This document shows positions 47,653 through 56,531 of a DNA stretch of 64,000 nucleotides, piece after piece; the stretch's first letter is position 1, and each line of letters starts with the position of its first letter. This DNA is from an uncultured Chromatiaceae bacterium (lineage in GTDB: Bacteria > Pseudomonadota > Gammaproteobacteria > Steroidobacterales > GCA-2729495). The stretch spans positions 4,046 to 68,045 of the forward strand of contig CAZTIB010000133.1 in assembly GCA_964613615.1 (NCBI GenBank). The letters are read 5' to 3'. A program made the translations under genes and the position numbers. The notes beneath the pieces are model-generated. The model had not been told where the DNA came from. It ran no database searches and was given only the letters and a program-made list of their open reading frames with translations.

Positions 47653-48549
47653 TCAGGCGGCGGGCTTCCTGAACTTCAGCGTGAAGCGGTCGCTCTCGCC
47701 GATGGCCAGGTACTTGTCGCGGTCTTCGTCCTTCTTGCGCAGTGTGGGCGGTAGCGTCCAGACACCGGTATCGTAGTCCTTGGTATCTGCCGGGTTCGCA
47801 TTGACCTCCGATTTCCCCTCCAGCTCGAAGCCCGCGGCTTCCGCCAGCTGAATTGCATAGGCCTCGTTCACGTAGCCGGAGGCCGCTTTCGGGTCCTGTT
47901 CCACATCCGCATTACCGCGGTGTTCCACCACGCCGAGCACGCCGCCCGGTTTCAGTATCTTGTAGAACTGCGCGAACATGTCTTCGGTGTAGCCGCGCGG
48001 CAGCCAGTTATGAATGTTGCGAAAGGTCACGATCATGTCCACGGACGCTGCCGGCGCAAAGTCCCACTTCTCCGGTGGCATCAGCACGCCCATTTCGACG
48101 TTGCCATAGAGGTCTGGTCGTGCCACCAGTTTGTCGGTGAAACCCTTGACCCCGTTACGCACAAATTCCCGTTCGTCTTCCGGGTCCCAGTGCGCGGCGA
48201 TATATTTGCCCTGGTCATTCACGTACGGGGCGATGACTTCGGTGTACCAGCCACCGCTGGGCCAGATTTCCACCACCGTCATGTCCGGTTCCAGGCCGAA
48301 GAACTCCAGCGTTTCCACCGGGTGACGGGAAACGTTACGAGCGCGGTTTTCTTCGCTGCGATGCTCGCCGGCCGCTATGTCCCTCAGCCTCGGCCCGGCG
48401 ACTTCAGGCTCGGCGACAATCACCGGTGCGGCCGGTGGCGCAGCGGTTTCGGCGGGGGCACTCGCTTGCTCCGGTCCACCGCAAGCAGCAACGGCGACGG
48501 TCAGAAAAACGGCAAAGAACGGACGGCGAAGGCCCATGGGTTTCTCCAC
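47653..48549 (-). CDS. Class I SAM-dependent methyltransferase with lipoprotein-type signal peptide
   Basis: FFAVFLTVAVAACGG lipobox and a methyltransferase fold (VVEIWPSGGWYTEV, LKPGGVLGVVEH). Confidence 0.8.
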   Translation of the reverse strand: MEKPMGLRRPFFAVFLTVAVAACGGPEQASAPAETAAPPAAPVIVAEPEVAGPRLRDIAAGEHRSEENRARNVSRHPVETLEFFGLEPDMTVVEIWPSGGWYTEVIAPYVNDQGKYIAAHWDPEDEREFVRNGVKGFTDKLVARPDLYGNVEMGVLMPPEKWDFAPAASVDMIVTFRNIHNWLPRGYTEDMFAQFYKILKPGGVLGVVEHRGNADVEQDPKAASGYVNEAYAIQLAEAAGFELEGKSEVNANPADTKDYDTGVWTLPPTLRKKDEDRDKYLAIGESDRFTLKFRKPAA

Positions 48550-48619
48550 TGGTAGAGGTGTTTTTGAGAGGGGCCAGACTGTAGAACATCATCCGTGGCA
48601 TTGCCACGGGCAGCCGGGC

Positions 48620-49273
48620 TCAGGCGTAGGCGGCGCTGTGAATGTGGCTCAGCTTGGCCGGCTGGGACAGGCGATAGAAATCGCGCAGTTCCTGCAGCAT
48701 TTCGCCGCCGGGCAACCCGCACGCATACCGGGCTTCCAGGCTGCGACAATACCAGCCGGCAAAACGCGCAGCGTACGAGTAGCGCTCGTGTTCTGCTGCC
48801 GACAGCGTGGCGTGAAAACGCGGTGATTCGAACAGCACGGCGAAGAGCGTAGCCTCGAGTTCCGGGCGCGCCTGATGGGTCGCGAGGGTGCGCGCACCCA
48901 TGTACTTGTCGATTTCTGCCTGCAGTTCGAGTTCCAGCAGCGTGACCCGGCGGTCTGCGCTGGCATTCCAGGTCAGGTAGTTGAAGTGACTGAGCCCTTC
49001 AACCACCTTGCAGAAATCCTCGAAATTGTCGGCATCCAGGTATTCGAAAGGATCCCGCGAGGCCAGGCGGTCGAGGAGTTCGGCGTCAAGGTATAACGCC
49101 AGGTGCAGTTCGTCCTTGTCTTCCGCAACCAGCAGCTTTTCATCGGTTTCGCGGCTACCCTCGCCCTCCAGGGCCCTGGCCTGGCGAGCATCCGTGATCA
49201 GGTAGTCGCGAACGTCGGCCGGCGGCTCGATTCGGTAGAGCTGGGCTAGAAGTGTCTGCAGATTGCGGAGCAT
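48620..49273 (-). CDS. Hypothetical protein (acidic, helical)
   Basis: ATG at 49273 lies 10 nt after the stop of the upstream gene. Protein-like composition; no family recognised. Confidence 0.6.
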   Translation of the reverse strand: MLRNLQTLLAQLYRIEPPADVRDYLITDARQARALEGEGSRETDEKLLVAEDKDELHLALYLDAELLDRLASRDPFEYLDADNFEDFCKVVEGLSHFNYLTWNASADRRVTLLELELQAEIDKYMGARTLATHQARPELEATLFAVLFESPRFHATLSAAEHERYSYAARFAGWYCRSLEARYACGLPGGEMLQELRDFYRLSQPAKLSHIHSAAYA

Positions 49274-49283
49274 GATGGGCTCA

Positions 49284-49925
49284 TCAATGCTCGTGCCGGT
49301 TGCGCGCTGATTCCAGCGGTTCGATACCCAGCTCGCGAAGCAAGCGCGCAGCGCGCGGGCTGCCGGTGCGCACCCACGCTTCATACCAGCGCAACGCGTC
49401 TTCCACATCGTGGCCGCGCGCCGAATCACGAACCTCGTTGAGCACATCCACCATGTTGGTGAACTTGGCGCCGAGTTCCTCGAATACGTCGCTCATCACC
49501 CGGCCGCGCAAGGTGCCTTTTATGCTGCCTGCCAATGTGCTGTACGCGCCACCGCCCATCTTCACGTAGTAGCCCACATCCACCGGCGCATGCCGCAGGA
49601 AGTCGTCGAAAAAGCCGGCTACGAACAGCGCCACGTCACCGACGCGCTGCAGGGCGAAGTGATGCTCTTCCTCCGTGCGGGCTTCAACCGCGTCGGCCAG
49701 CATGAGCGCCAGGGGCCGCAGCTCCGGCCCTTCCGGGCCTGCATCGTAGAAATCTTCGGAGCGTGCAAACAGTGTCAGGAGATTGACAACGTAGTGCGAA
49801 GCCTGGGTGTCGAGCACCACATGATTCGCAGCCATGGCTGCATCTACGGAGTCGCGGAAGAACTCCGTGAGGCTGGCGACGGGCTGGAGCCCGTCCGCTG
49901 TCGCGTAATCGGCGCTCATAGTCAT
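49284..49925 (-). CDS. Hypothetical protein
   Basis: 213-aa ORF with protein-like composition. No family recognised. Confidence 0.65.
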   Translation of the reverse strand: MTMSADYATADGLQPVASLTEFFRDSVDAAMAANHVVLDTQASHYVVNLLTLFARSEDFYDAGPEGPELRPLALMLADAVEARTEEEHHFALQRVGDVALFVAGFFDDFLRHAPVDVGYYVKMGGGAYSTLAGSIKGTLRGRVMSDVFEELGAKFTNMVDVLNEVRDSARGHDVEDALRWYEAWVRTGSPRAARLLRELGIEPLESARNRHEH

Positions 49926-50035
49926 TAACTTAATAACCTATTAGCGGCCGGTTCACGTGTGATCTGTGTCACGCAACCGATCATGCAACGACGGGCGACC
50001 ACAGGGCGGATATTACAGACGGCATGGGCTAGCGG

Positions 50036-50536
50036 TTAAGGCCGACACAGCAGGGCGTTCTCGCGCCGCGCCCGCTCAGCATCACTGTCGGCAATGGCTG
50101 CAACACGCTGCAACTGGGCGACATAGTGGGCCGGCAATCCGTGATGGGCGGCGCCGTGCAAGAGAAAATCCAGGTACCAGTTGAATGGCTGGAGGTCGTC
50201 AGCGATTGCTCCGGCCCGCGCCCGGTAGGAGAAAGCAGAAACATTCTCGCCGCTGACCGGGTGACATACCTGCAACTCCGTGCGCGCGTACCCCGGCCCT
50301 TCGATGGCATCCAGAACTGCCGCATGGGCAACGCTGACGGAGTAGATAACGCCCCAGACCTCAATGGCTGGCACGGGAACGATGTTGGCCTTGCCGGAAC
50401 CATCTGCGCCGCGTTTATGGAACAACAGCCCATGTTCCGGCAACCGGGCCACGCCCAGCGGCACGGCGGAATGAACGCGGGCGCGAAGGCGCCCGGTGTG
50501 CATGTTCGACCCGTAGGCGAAGTACAGCAGCGTCAT
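50036..50536 (-). CDS. Gamma-glutamylcyclotransferase (AIG2/GGCT-like) family protein
   Basis: N-terminal LYFAYGSNM motif and a conserved downstream Glu-containing core. Confidence 0.8.
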   Translation of the reverse strand: MTLLYFAYGSNMHTGRLRARVHSAVPLGVARLPEHGLLFHKRGADGSGKANIVPVPAIEVWGVIYSVSVAHAAVLDAIEGPGYARTELQVCHPVSGENVSAFSYRARAGAIADDLQPFNWYLDFLLHGAAHHGLPAHYVAQLQRVAAIADSDAERARRENALLCRP

Positions 50537-50551
50537 GCTGCTAACCCCGCG

Positions 50552-52075
50552 TCAGATCGCGACTGCCAGTGTCGGCTGCCAGCCAAGCTCGCGGACATCC
50601 GCTTCGCTGCCGTGCTGAATCACCCGGAAATGCAGAAACTCACCCGGGCGCCTTAGCGCGATACCGAACTCGATTTCCAGTTCGTCGCCGCGGATCCTGG
50701 GCGTGTGCAGAAACCAGCCTTCCCTGGCGCTGACACCCGCCAGCGCACCGTTAGCCTGCAACGCGTTGAGAAAAGCCTCAAGCTGGGCCCGCAAGTCAGC
50801 AATTCCGGAGGCCGCCTCACGGCGAAACAACATCCAGCGGCAGTTCTGCACCATGCCCGACACCACGAACAGCGCGGTGCGGCGCCAGCGCAGCGCGCAC
50901 CATTCCGGCGCCAGCCCGGAGCCGCGGGCCGTGGTCACGCCACCGTGCAGATCCACCCAACCCGGGGCCGCGGCGGTCAGGGGGTTCACACCGGCACGTA
51001 TCAGCGCCGAAATCTCTCTGGGTGAAAGCTCCAGGTGCGCGCGCCAGTGACAGCGCAGGCGCAACGGCGCAGACGCCGGCAGCGACCACGCGCCGTGGTC
51101 CTGATCCCGGGCTGCCAGGGCCCCGGCGAGGGCGCCCAGCACGCTGCTGTCTCCGGGCAACGGGAAACACGTCACCACGTTCGGACTCGCAAACTGGCCG
51201 CGTTGTCTGTCCGCGATCACGTCGCGGGCCAGCTGCCAGTGGCCGGGCGGCTCGACCAGCAGCAAGGCCTGGCGGCGGCGACAATAACGCTCGGCCGCGA
51301 AACGGGCCACCGGGCCGAGGCTCAGGCCGGGCGCGGGCGGCAGGATGCATAGCAGGTCCAGGCGCGCGATCTGCTCCAGCGCGTAGAGACCCGTGCTTTC
51401 TCGCGGCGAACCGATCAGGTCGTAGTCGGACAACATCTCCGCCGGCAGTCGCGTGCCGTCCGCATAGACGTAGTCGGGGTTCATCAACGCGCCGGGACCC
51501 ACCGTGGGGAGCGGACGCTGATGTGTGCCGTTATCGCGCAGGCGCACCAATGCAGAGCGCTGGAGGGCGTCGCCCACGTAGTCCGGATCGCTGGCGTGGG
51601 CAGACACCTCCTGATAAATCTCCTGCTCCACGACGGCTGCCTTGTTGCCGCCGTCGAGACGGTGCACCGTCAGGTTGAAGTGCGCGCCCGCGTCGGCGGG
51701 AATGCCATCGTAGTCAACAGACGCCCGCAGGTACTCCAGCGGCCCGGGGTGCAGTGCTTCCAACACGAACGTGCTACCGCTGGCGGGCAGGTGAATCTGG
51801 TTACGGCGCGAGGAATGGCAGACCCGGACGACAATGGCCATCGTGCCGCCGTTGCCGAAATAGCGCTCGAGATAATGCTGGAGACGACTGTCTTTATCAG
51901 GCGATCCGAAACGCTTCAGATATTCGGCGACACTGCGCACCGCCACCGGCATGTCCACTGGCCCGCGAGGCGCGGGACCAATGAAGGCGGCGACAGTTTC
52001 CCGGCCCAGCAACGTGGGAACGTCCGAGGACGCATCCTCAACTACCAATATACCGCTCGATGCAGTGTCCGACAT
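50552..52075 (-). CDS. Phage/contractile-injection tail sheath family protein (orphan)
   Basis: N-terminus is GILVVED..TVAAFIGPAPRGPVDMPVAVRSVAEYLKRFG...YFGNGGTMAIVVRV. C-terminus is GVNPLT..W..LRWRRTALFV..FLNALQANGALAG..EGWF..EIEFGIALRRPGEFLHFRVIQ. Both match sheath N- and C-terminal domain patterns as I remember them. Confidence 0.7.
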   Translation of the reverse strand: MSDTASSGILVVEDASSDVPTLLGRETVAAFIGPAPRGPVDMPVAVRSVAEYLKRFGSPDKDSRLQHYLERYFGNGGTMAIVVRVCHSSRRNQIHLPASGSTFVLEALHPGPLEYLRASVDYDGIPADAGAHFNLTVHRLDGGNKAAVVEQEIYQEVSAHASDPDYVGDALQRSALVRLRDNGTHQRPLPTVGPGALMNPDYVYADGTRLPAEMLSDYDLIGSPRESTGLYALEQIARLDLLCILPPAPGLSLGPVARFAAERYCRRRQALLLVEPPGHWQLARDVIADRQRGQFASPNVVTCFPLPGDSSVLGALAGALAARDQDHGAWSLPASAPLRLRCHWRAHLELSPREISALIRAGVNPLTAAAPGWVDLHGGVTTARGSGLAPEWCALRWRRTALFVVSGMVQNCRWMLFRREAASGIADLRAQLEAFLNALQANGALAGVSAREGWFLHTPRIRGDELEIEFGIALRRPGEFLHFRVIQHGSEADVRELGWQPTLAVAI

Positions 52076-52157
52076 TTCGGCCCACCGCCAACAACAACCC
52101 TGAGGAAATTCTAGCAGGCTAAGCGCCGCGGAGTGAGGATTCTCGCGAAGACATGCT

Positions 52158-53252
52158 TCAGTCGGAGGCGGTGTCGGCGACTTGTTCCACGGGATCGTGC
52201 AGGATCACATTCTCGACTCGCCGCGCCTGGGCCAGCGCCGCTGCAAGGCCATCATCACCGGCCAGTATCGACACGGGGAACCCGCGATGGTCCTCTGCAA
52301 TCACAACCAGCCGGGATTGATCGACATCAGCGGCGCCATTGGGCATCTCGCTGGCCCGGGTCGCCGCCCGCTGCTCGAGTGCAGCCAGCCAGTCGCGCTC
52401 GTCTTCGGCCAGCGCCGGATGGGCCTCGAGCAACAGGTCATTGCCGTTGCGTCCCAACAGCAGCGGCTGATTCACGATATTGACCGGCGTCCCCACGGGA
52501 ACCCGGTCGTAAAGGAATTCAATGTCTTCCGGGTAGAGCCGCACACAACCGTGGCTCACCCGCATGCCGACGCCGGCGGGCTTGTTCGTGCCGTGAATCA
52601 GGTAGCCCGGCAAACCCAGCTGCAGTACCCGGCTGCCCAGGGGATTGTCCGGGCCGGGCGGCACCTGGGCCGGCAGCGGGTCGCCCATCTCTGCATGTTC
52701 CCTGCGGATGGATGCCGGTACAAACCACACCGGGTCGCGGGTGCGCGCAACCACTGTCGTGGCCCCGGTCGGTGTCGCCCAGTCTTCCCGGCCGATGCCG
52801 ATGGGGTAAGTCTCCACCACCCTGGGTTCACCGTCGACGGCGGGCGGGTAGTAGAACAGGCGCTTCGCGGCAACGTTCAACACGATGCCTTCGCGCGGCG
52901 CGTCGGGCAGCACGAAACGGGTGGGCAGCACGACGGGCGTCCCCTCACCCAGCATCCACGGATCGACGCCCGGGTTCGCATCTCGCAACTCGTCAAAACC
53001 CAGGTCATAGGTGCGGGCAAATTCGACGAAGGTGTCTTCGGCACGGGCCAGCGCAATCTGCAACTCGCCCACCGTACCTTCACCGTCCACGAGCACGAAA
53101 CGATTCGCGTCCAGCGGCGGCTGCGGAGTGAACTCGACGCTTGGCGGCGCGCCAGCGCCCGCACTCTCCGGTGGCTTGAACACAGCGTCGACGAGGCTGC
53201 AGCCTGCCAGCAGGGTCACTGACGTCAGCAGTAAGGGCGCCCGGAAAGACAT
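52158..53252 (-). CDS. L,D-transpeptidase (YkuD domain) lipoprotein
   Basis: Lipobox LLAGCS and catalytic block IHGTNKPAGVGMRVSHGCVRLYPEDI. Confidence 0.85.
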   Translation of the reverse strand: MSFRAPLLLTSVTLLAGCSLVDAVFKPPESAGAGAPPSVEFTPQPPLDANRFVLVDGEGTVGELQIALARAEDTFVEFARTYDLGFDELRDANPGVDPWMLGEGTPVVLPTRFVLPDAPREGIVLNVAAKRLFYYPPAVDGEPRVVETYPIGIGREDWATPTGATTVVARTRDPVWFVPASIRREHAEMGDPLPAQVPPGPDNPLGSRVLQLGLPGYLIHGTNKPAGVGMRVSHGCVRLYPEDIEFLYDRVPVGTPVNIVNQPLLLGRNGNDLLLEAHPALAEDERDWLAALEQRAATRASEMPNGAADVDQSRLVVIAEDHRGFPVSILAGDDGLAAALAQARRVENVILHDPVEQVADTASD

Positions 53253-53256
53253 GCTG

Positions 53257-54021
53257 TCAGCGCCGGCAGGCCGGGCGCTTGCCTTCGGCCCGCGCTCCAT
53301 TGAACTCGTCGAGGGCCTCCGGCAGCTGGGCGATCAGGCCGGAGATGCGGGTGGTCGACGACGGGTGTGTGGACAGGAATTGCGGCGGCGACGCGCCGCC
53401 CTTGGCATCCATGTTTTTCCACAGCTGCACGCTGGCCCGCGGATCGAAACCGGCCTCCGCCATGAAGCGCAGACCGACGACATCGGCCTCACTTTCCGCG
53501 CGGCGGCCATAGGGCAGCGTAAGGCCGATCTGCGCCCCCATCGACAGCAGGTCGTAAGTGGTCTGGCCTCCGCCGAGCACCGCGGCACCCGCAACGACCG
53601 CGCCCTGCGTGGTGTACTGCCGGTTCACCTGCTCGTAAGAATGGCGCTCGGTCACATGGGCAACTTCGTGGCCGATCACCGCCGCGAGCTGGTCCTGGTT
53701 CTCCGCCACCTTCAGCAAGCCGGTGAACACCCCGATGTGGCCGCCGGGCAGCGCAAATGCGTTGACGGCCTCGTCGTCGAAAACCACGACTTCCCAGTCC
53801 AGGCTTGCGTAAGGCTCGTTCACCTCGGCAAGGATCGCGTCCGACACGCACTGCACATAGCCGCGCACGCGGGCATCGCGCGACTCCACCATCTGTGTGC
53901 GCATCTTCTGGAACTCGGCGTCCGACTGGATCTGGAGCTCGCGCTCACTGACGATGGGCACGGTGCACCCGCTGACCGCGAGTACGCTCAGCAACAGTCC
54001 AATGCGATATAGCCGAACCAT
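53257..54021 (-). CDS. M48-family zinc metallopeptidase lipoprotein
   Basis: Lipobox AVSGC, HEVAHV (HExxH) and a downstream E...D block. Confidence 0.85.
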   Translation of the reverse strand: MVRLYRIGLLLSVLAVSGCTVPIVSERELQIQSDAEFQKMRTQMVESRDARVRGYVQCVSDAILAEVNEPYASLDWEVVVFDDEAVNAFALPGGHIGVFTGLLKVAENQDQLAAVIGHEVAHVTERHSYEQVNRQYTTQGAVVAGAAVLGGGQTTYDLLSMGAQIGLTLPYGRRAESEADVVGLRFMAEAGFDPRASVQLWKNMDAKGGASPPQFLSTHPSSTTRISGLIAQLPEALDEFNGARAEGKRPACRR

Positions 54022-54075
54022 GGCACCTTCCGTATTCACAGTGAAAACCCGATTATAAATGCAAGCCGCTGCTGC

Positions 54076-55095
54076 TCAGCGAAACCACGTGCGGTCCCAG
54101 CGGGCACGCCCGAAAGCCTCGGCAGCCGCGTCCATCGCGTGCATGATGCGCTCCTGCAGGCTTTGTTTGCCCTTCCAGCGCACGCGGTATACGTCACCGT
54201 CCTGCACCGCGTTCAGCAGATAGTCGTCGCTCGCGCCCAGTTCATCGATCAGACCCAGTTCCAGGGCCCGGGTTCCGTACCAGTGCTCGCCGGTCGCGAC
54301 CTGGTCGATGTTCATGGCCGGCCGGTGCTCGGCTACCAGCTCCTTGAACAGGCGGTGCACCTCTTCCAGCTCTTCGCGAAGCTTTTCGCGGTCGGCCTCG
54401 GTGTTCGACCCGAACATGGTCACAGTGCGCTTGTACTGTCCGGCTGTGACTTCTTCCCACTCCACGCCGCGATCTTTCAGCGCGCGGTTGAAGTTGGGCA
54501 ATTGTGCCAACACACCGATAGAACCGATCACCGCAAAGGGCGCCGCAATCACGCGATCGGCGATGCAGGCCATCATGTAACCGCCGCTGGCCGCCACCTT
54601 GTCGACGATTGCCGTCAGCGGAATGCCCCGGCTCTTCAGCCGCTGCAGCTGCGAAGCGGCCAGGCCGTGCTCGTGCACCGCCCCGCCCGCATTCTCCAGC
54701 CTCAGCACCACTTCGTCATTGCCGGTGGCCACACTGACCACGGCGCTGATTTCCTCGCGCAGGTGGCTCACCGCAGTGGCGCGGATATCACCCTTGAAGT
54801 CGAGCACGAAGTAGCGCTTGCGGTGGTGATCGTCGCCCGCAGCCTTCTTTTCCTGCTTGCGCGCCTGCTTGTCGGCCTTTTCCTGCTTCTTGAACGCCGC
54901 CTTGCTCAGTGCGGCGCGGCGCACCGCGCGGCCAAGTTCCCGAAAGCGGTCGTTGAGCTTGTCCACCCGAATGCCGGTGGCAGACCCGCCGCGGCGCGAC
55001 GCGCCGGCAATCAGGGCCAGGGCCACGCCCAGGGCGGCCAGCAGCGTCACGGTCTTGGCCAGGAACAGTCCGTATTCGGCCAGCAGTTCCATCAT
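54076..55095 (-). CDS. sohB: Inner-membrane S49 peptidase SohB
   Basis: N-terminal TM, a Lys-rich linker and the S49 block [11 protein letters not shown]. Confidence 0.85.
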   Translation of the reverse strand: MMELLAEYGLFLAKTVTLLAALGVALALIAGASRRGGSATGIRVDKLNDRFRELGRAVRRAALSKAAFKKQEKADKQARKQEKKAAGDDHHRKRYFVLDFKGDIRATAVSHLREEISAVVSVATGNDEVVLRLENAGGAVHEHGLAASQLQRLKSRGIPLTAIVDKVAASGGYMMACIADRVIAAPFAVIGSIGVLAQLPNFNRALKDRGVEWEEVTAGQYKRTVTMFGSNTEADREKLREELEEVHRLFKELVAEHRPAMNIDQVATGEHWYGTRALELGLIDELGASDDYLLNAVQDGDVYRVRWKGKQSLQERIMHAMDAAAEAFGRARWDRTWFR

Positions 55096-56102
55096 CCTGT
55101 TGTTCCGGTGGCAATGCCCAGGCCGGCATTGTTCCGTTCAAGCGCCTGCTCTGCACGATAGCTGGAACGCACCAGGGGCCCCGACACCACCTCGACGAAA
55201 CCCCGCTGCAAACCCAGCTCGCGGTAGCGCAGAAACTCCGCCGGGGTGACGAAGCGCTGCACCGGCAGGTGGTTCACGGTGGGCCGCAGGTATTGGCCGA
55301 AGGTGAGTATGTCCACGCCTGCGGCCCGCAGATCATCCATGGCCGTGAGGACTTCAGCCTCCGTCTCGCCAAGGCCCAGCATCAGGCTGCTCTTGGTCAA
55401 CAGGTCGGTGCGCACCGTCTTCGCCTCTCGCAGCACCGCCAGCGACTGGTCGTAGCCGGCGCGGGGATCGCGAACTTCGGGCGTCAGCCGACGCACCGTT
55501 TCCAGGTTGTGTGCGAACACGGCCAGCGGCGTGGAAGCCACGACGCGGACCGCGTCGACATTGCCGCGAAAGTCGGGCGTCAGGGCTTCTACGGCGGTGC
55601 CCGGGTTGCGCACCCTGATAGCTACTACGGCCGCGGCATAGTGCTCGGCGCCGCCATCGGCCAGATCGTCGCGATCCACCGACGTGAGCACCACGTAGCT
55701 CAGGCCCATGAGTTCCACCGAGCGTGCGGCCTGCTCCGGTTCTTCGGTATCCAGCCAGCCAGCCGGGTTGCCCGTGTCCACGGCGCAGAAGCGGCAGGCC
55801 CGGGTGCAGACACTGCCCATGAGCATCAGGGTGGCGGTACCGGCGTTCCAGCATTCGCCGATATTGGGACAAATGGACTCTTCGCACACCGTGCTGAGCT
55901 GGTGCTCGCGCACGTTGCGCCGCACGGTGTCGAAGCCAGCCCCCGTGGGCAGCTTCGCCCGCAGCCAGTCGGGCTTGCGCTGAACCGGGACATCTTCCCA
56001 GCCCCGGCGCCGGTTCACGCCGTTTTTTACCGCCGAGAAGCCCTTCCCGGTCTGGTACTTATCGCCGCTGCGGACGATGGGTATACCTTTGAAGTCGCTC
56101 AC
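55092..56102 (-). CDS. lipA: Lipoyl synthase
   Basis: [13 protein letters not shown] and radical-SAM [10 protein letters not shown] cluster motifs. GTG at 56102 gives about 336 aa. Stop overlaps the sohB start. Confidence 0.93.
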   Translation of the reverse strand: MSDFKGIPIVRSGDKYQTGKGFSAVKNGVNRRRGWEDVPVQRKPDWLRAKLPTGAGFDTVRRNVREHQLSTVCEESICPNIGECWNAGTATLMLMGSVCTRACRFCAVDTGNPAGWLDTEEPEQAARSVELMGLSYVVLTSVDRDDLADGGAEHYAAAVVAIRVRNPGTAVEALTPDFRGNVDAVRVVASTPLAVFAHNLETVRRLTPEVRDPRAGYDQSLAVLREAKTVRTDLLTKSSLMLGLGETEAEVLTAMDDLRAAGVDILTFGQYLRPTVNHLPVQRFVTPAEFLRYRELGLQRGFVEVVSGPLVRSSYRAEQALERNNAGLGIATGTTG

Positions 56103-56269
56103 AAACTGTCCGGATGTCGTAGCACAGGGGCTATTCTCGCACGGGGGATTCCGGGGGTGAAAGCGGCGGTTGGCGGGCACCAGGGCTGCAGGCAAAAAAA
56201 CGCCCGGCACTAAGGCCGGGCAAGTACAGGGGGAAGCCTTTAGTCAGCCTTGCATCGACATCCTGTCAA

Positions 56270-56467
56270 TCAGTGGACGCGCGACCAGTTGAGTAATTCA
56301 ACGTCGTCTGCGTCCCGCTCAAAATTCTTCGCCAGCAGGGTCTCGATCTCGATCGGGTCCAGCACCTGGTTGGCCGGTGCGCTCACTTCGACCACACCGC
56401 TATACTCGTCCGCAAATCCGTCATCGGCGGAGCGCAACAGAAAACGGGTGTAGAACTTTTTGCGCAT
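56270..56467 (-). CDS. Hypothetical 65-aa acidic protein
   Basis: Protein-like ORF upstream of lipA. No family recognised, and it does not resemble YbeD. Confidence 0.45.
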   Translation of the reverse strand: MRKKFYTRFLLRSADDGFADEYSGVVEVSAPANQVLDPIEIETLLAKNFERDADDVELLNWSRVH

Positions 56468-56531
56468 GGACCAACCCTATTGGCATAACGTCAGAAATAC
56501 TGTGAGCGCATCCACAATATCTGCGCCGCAA

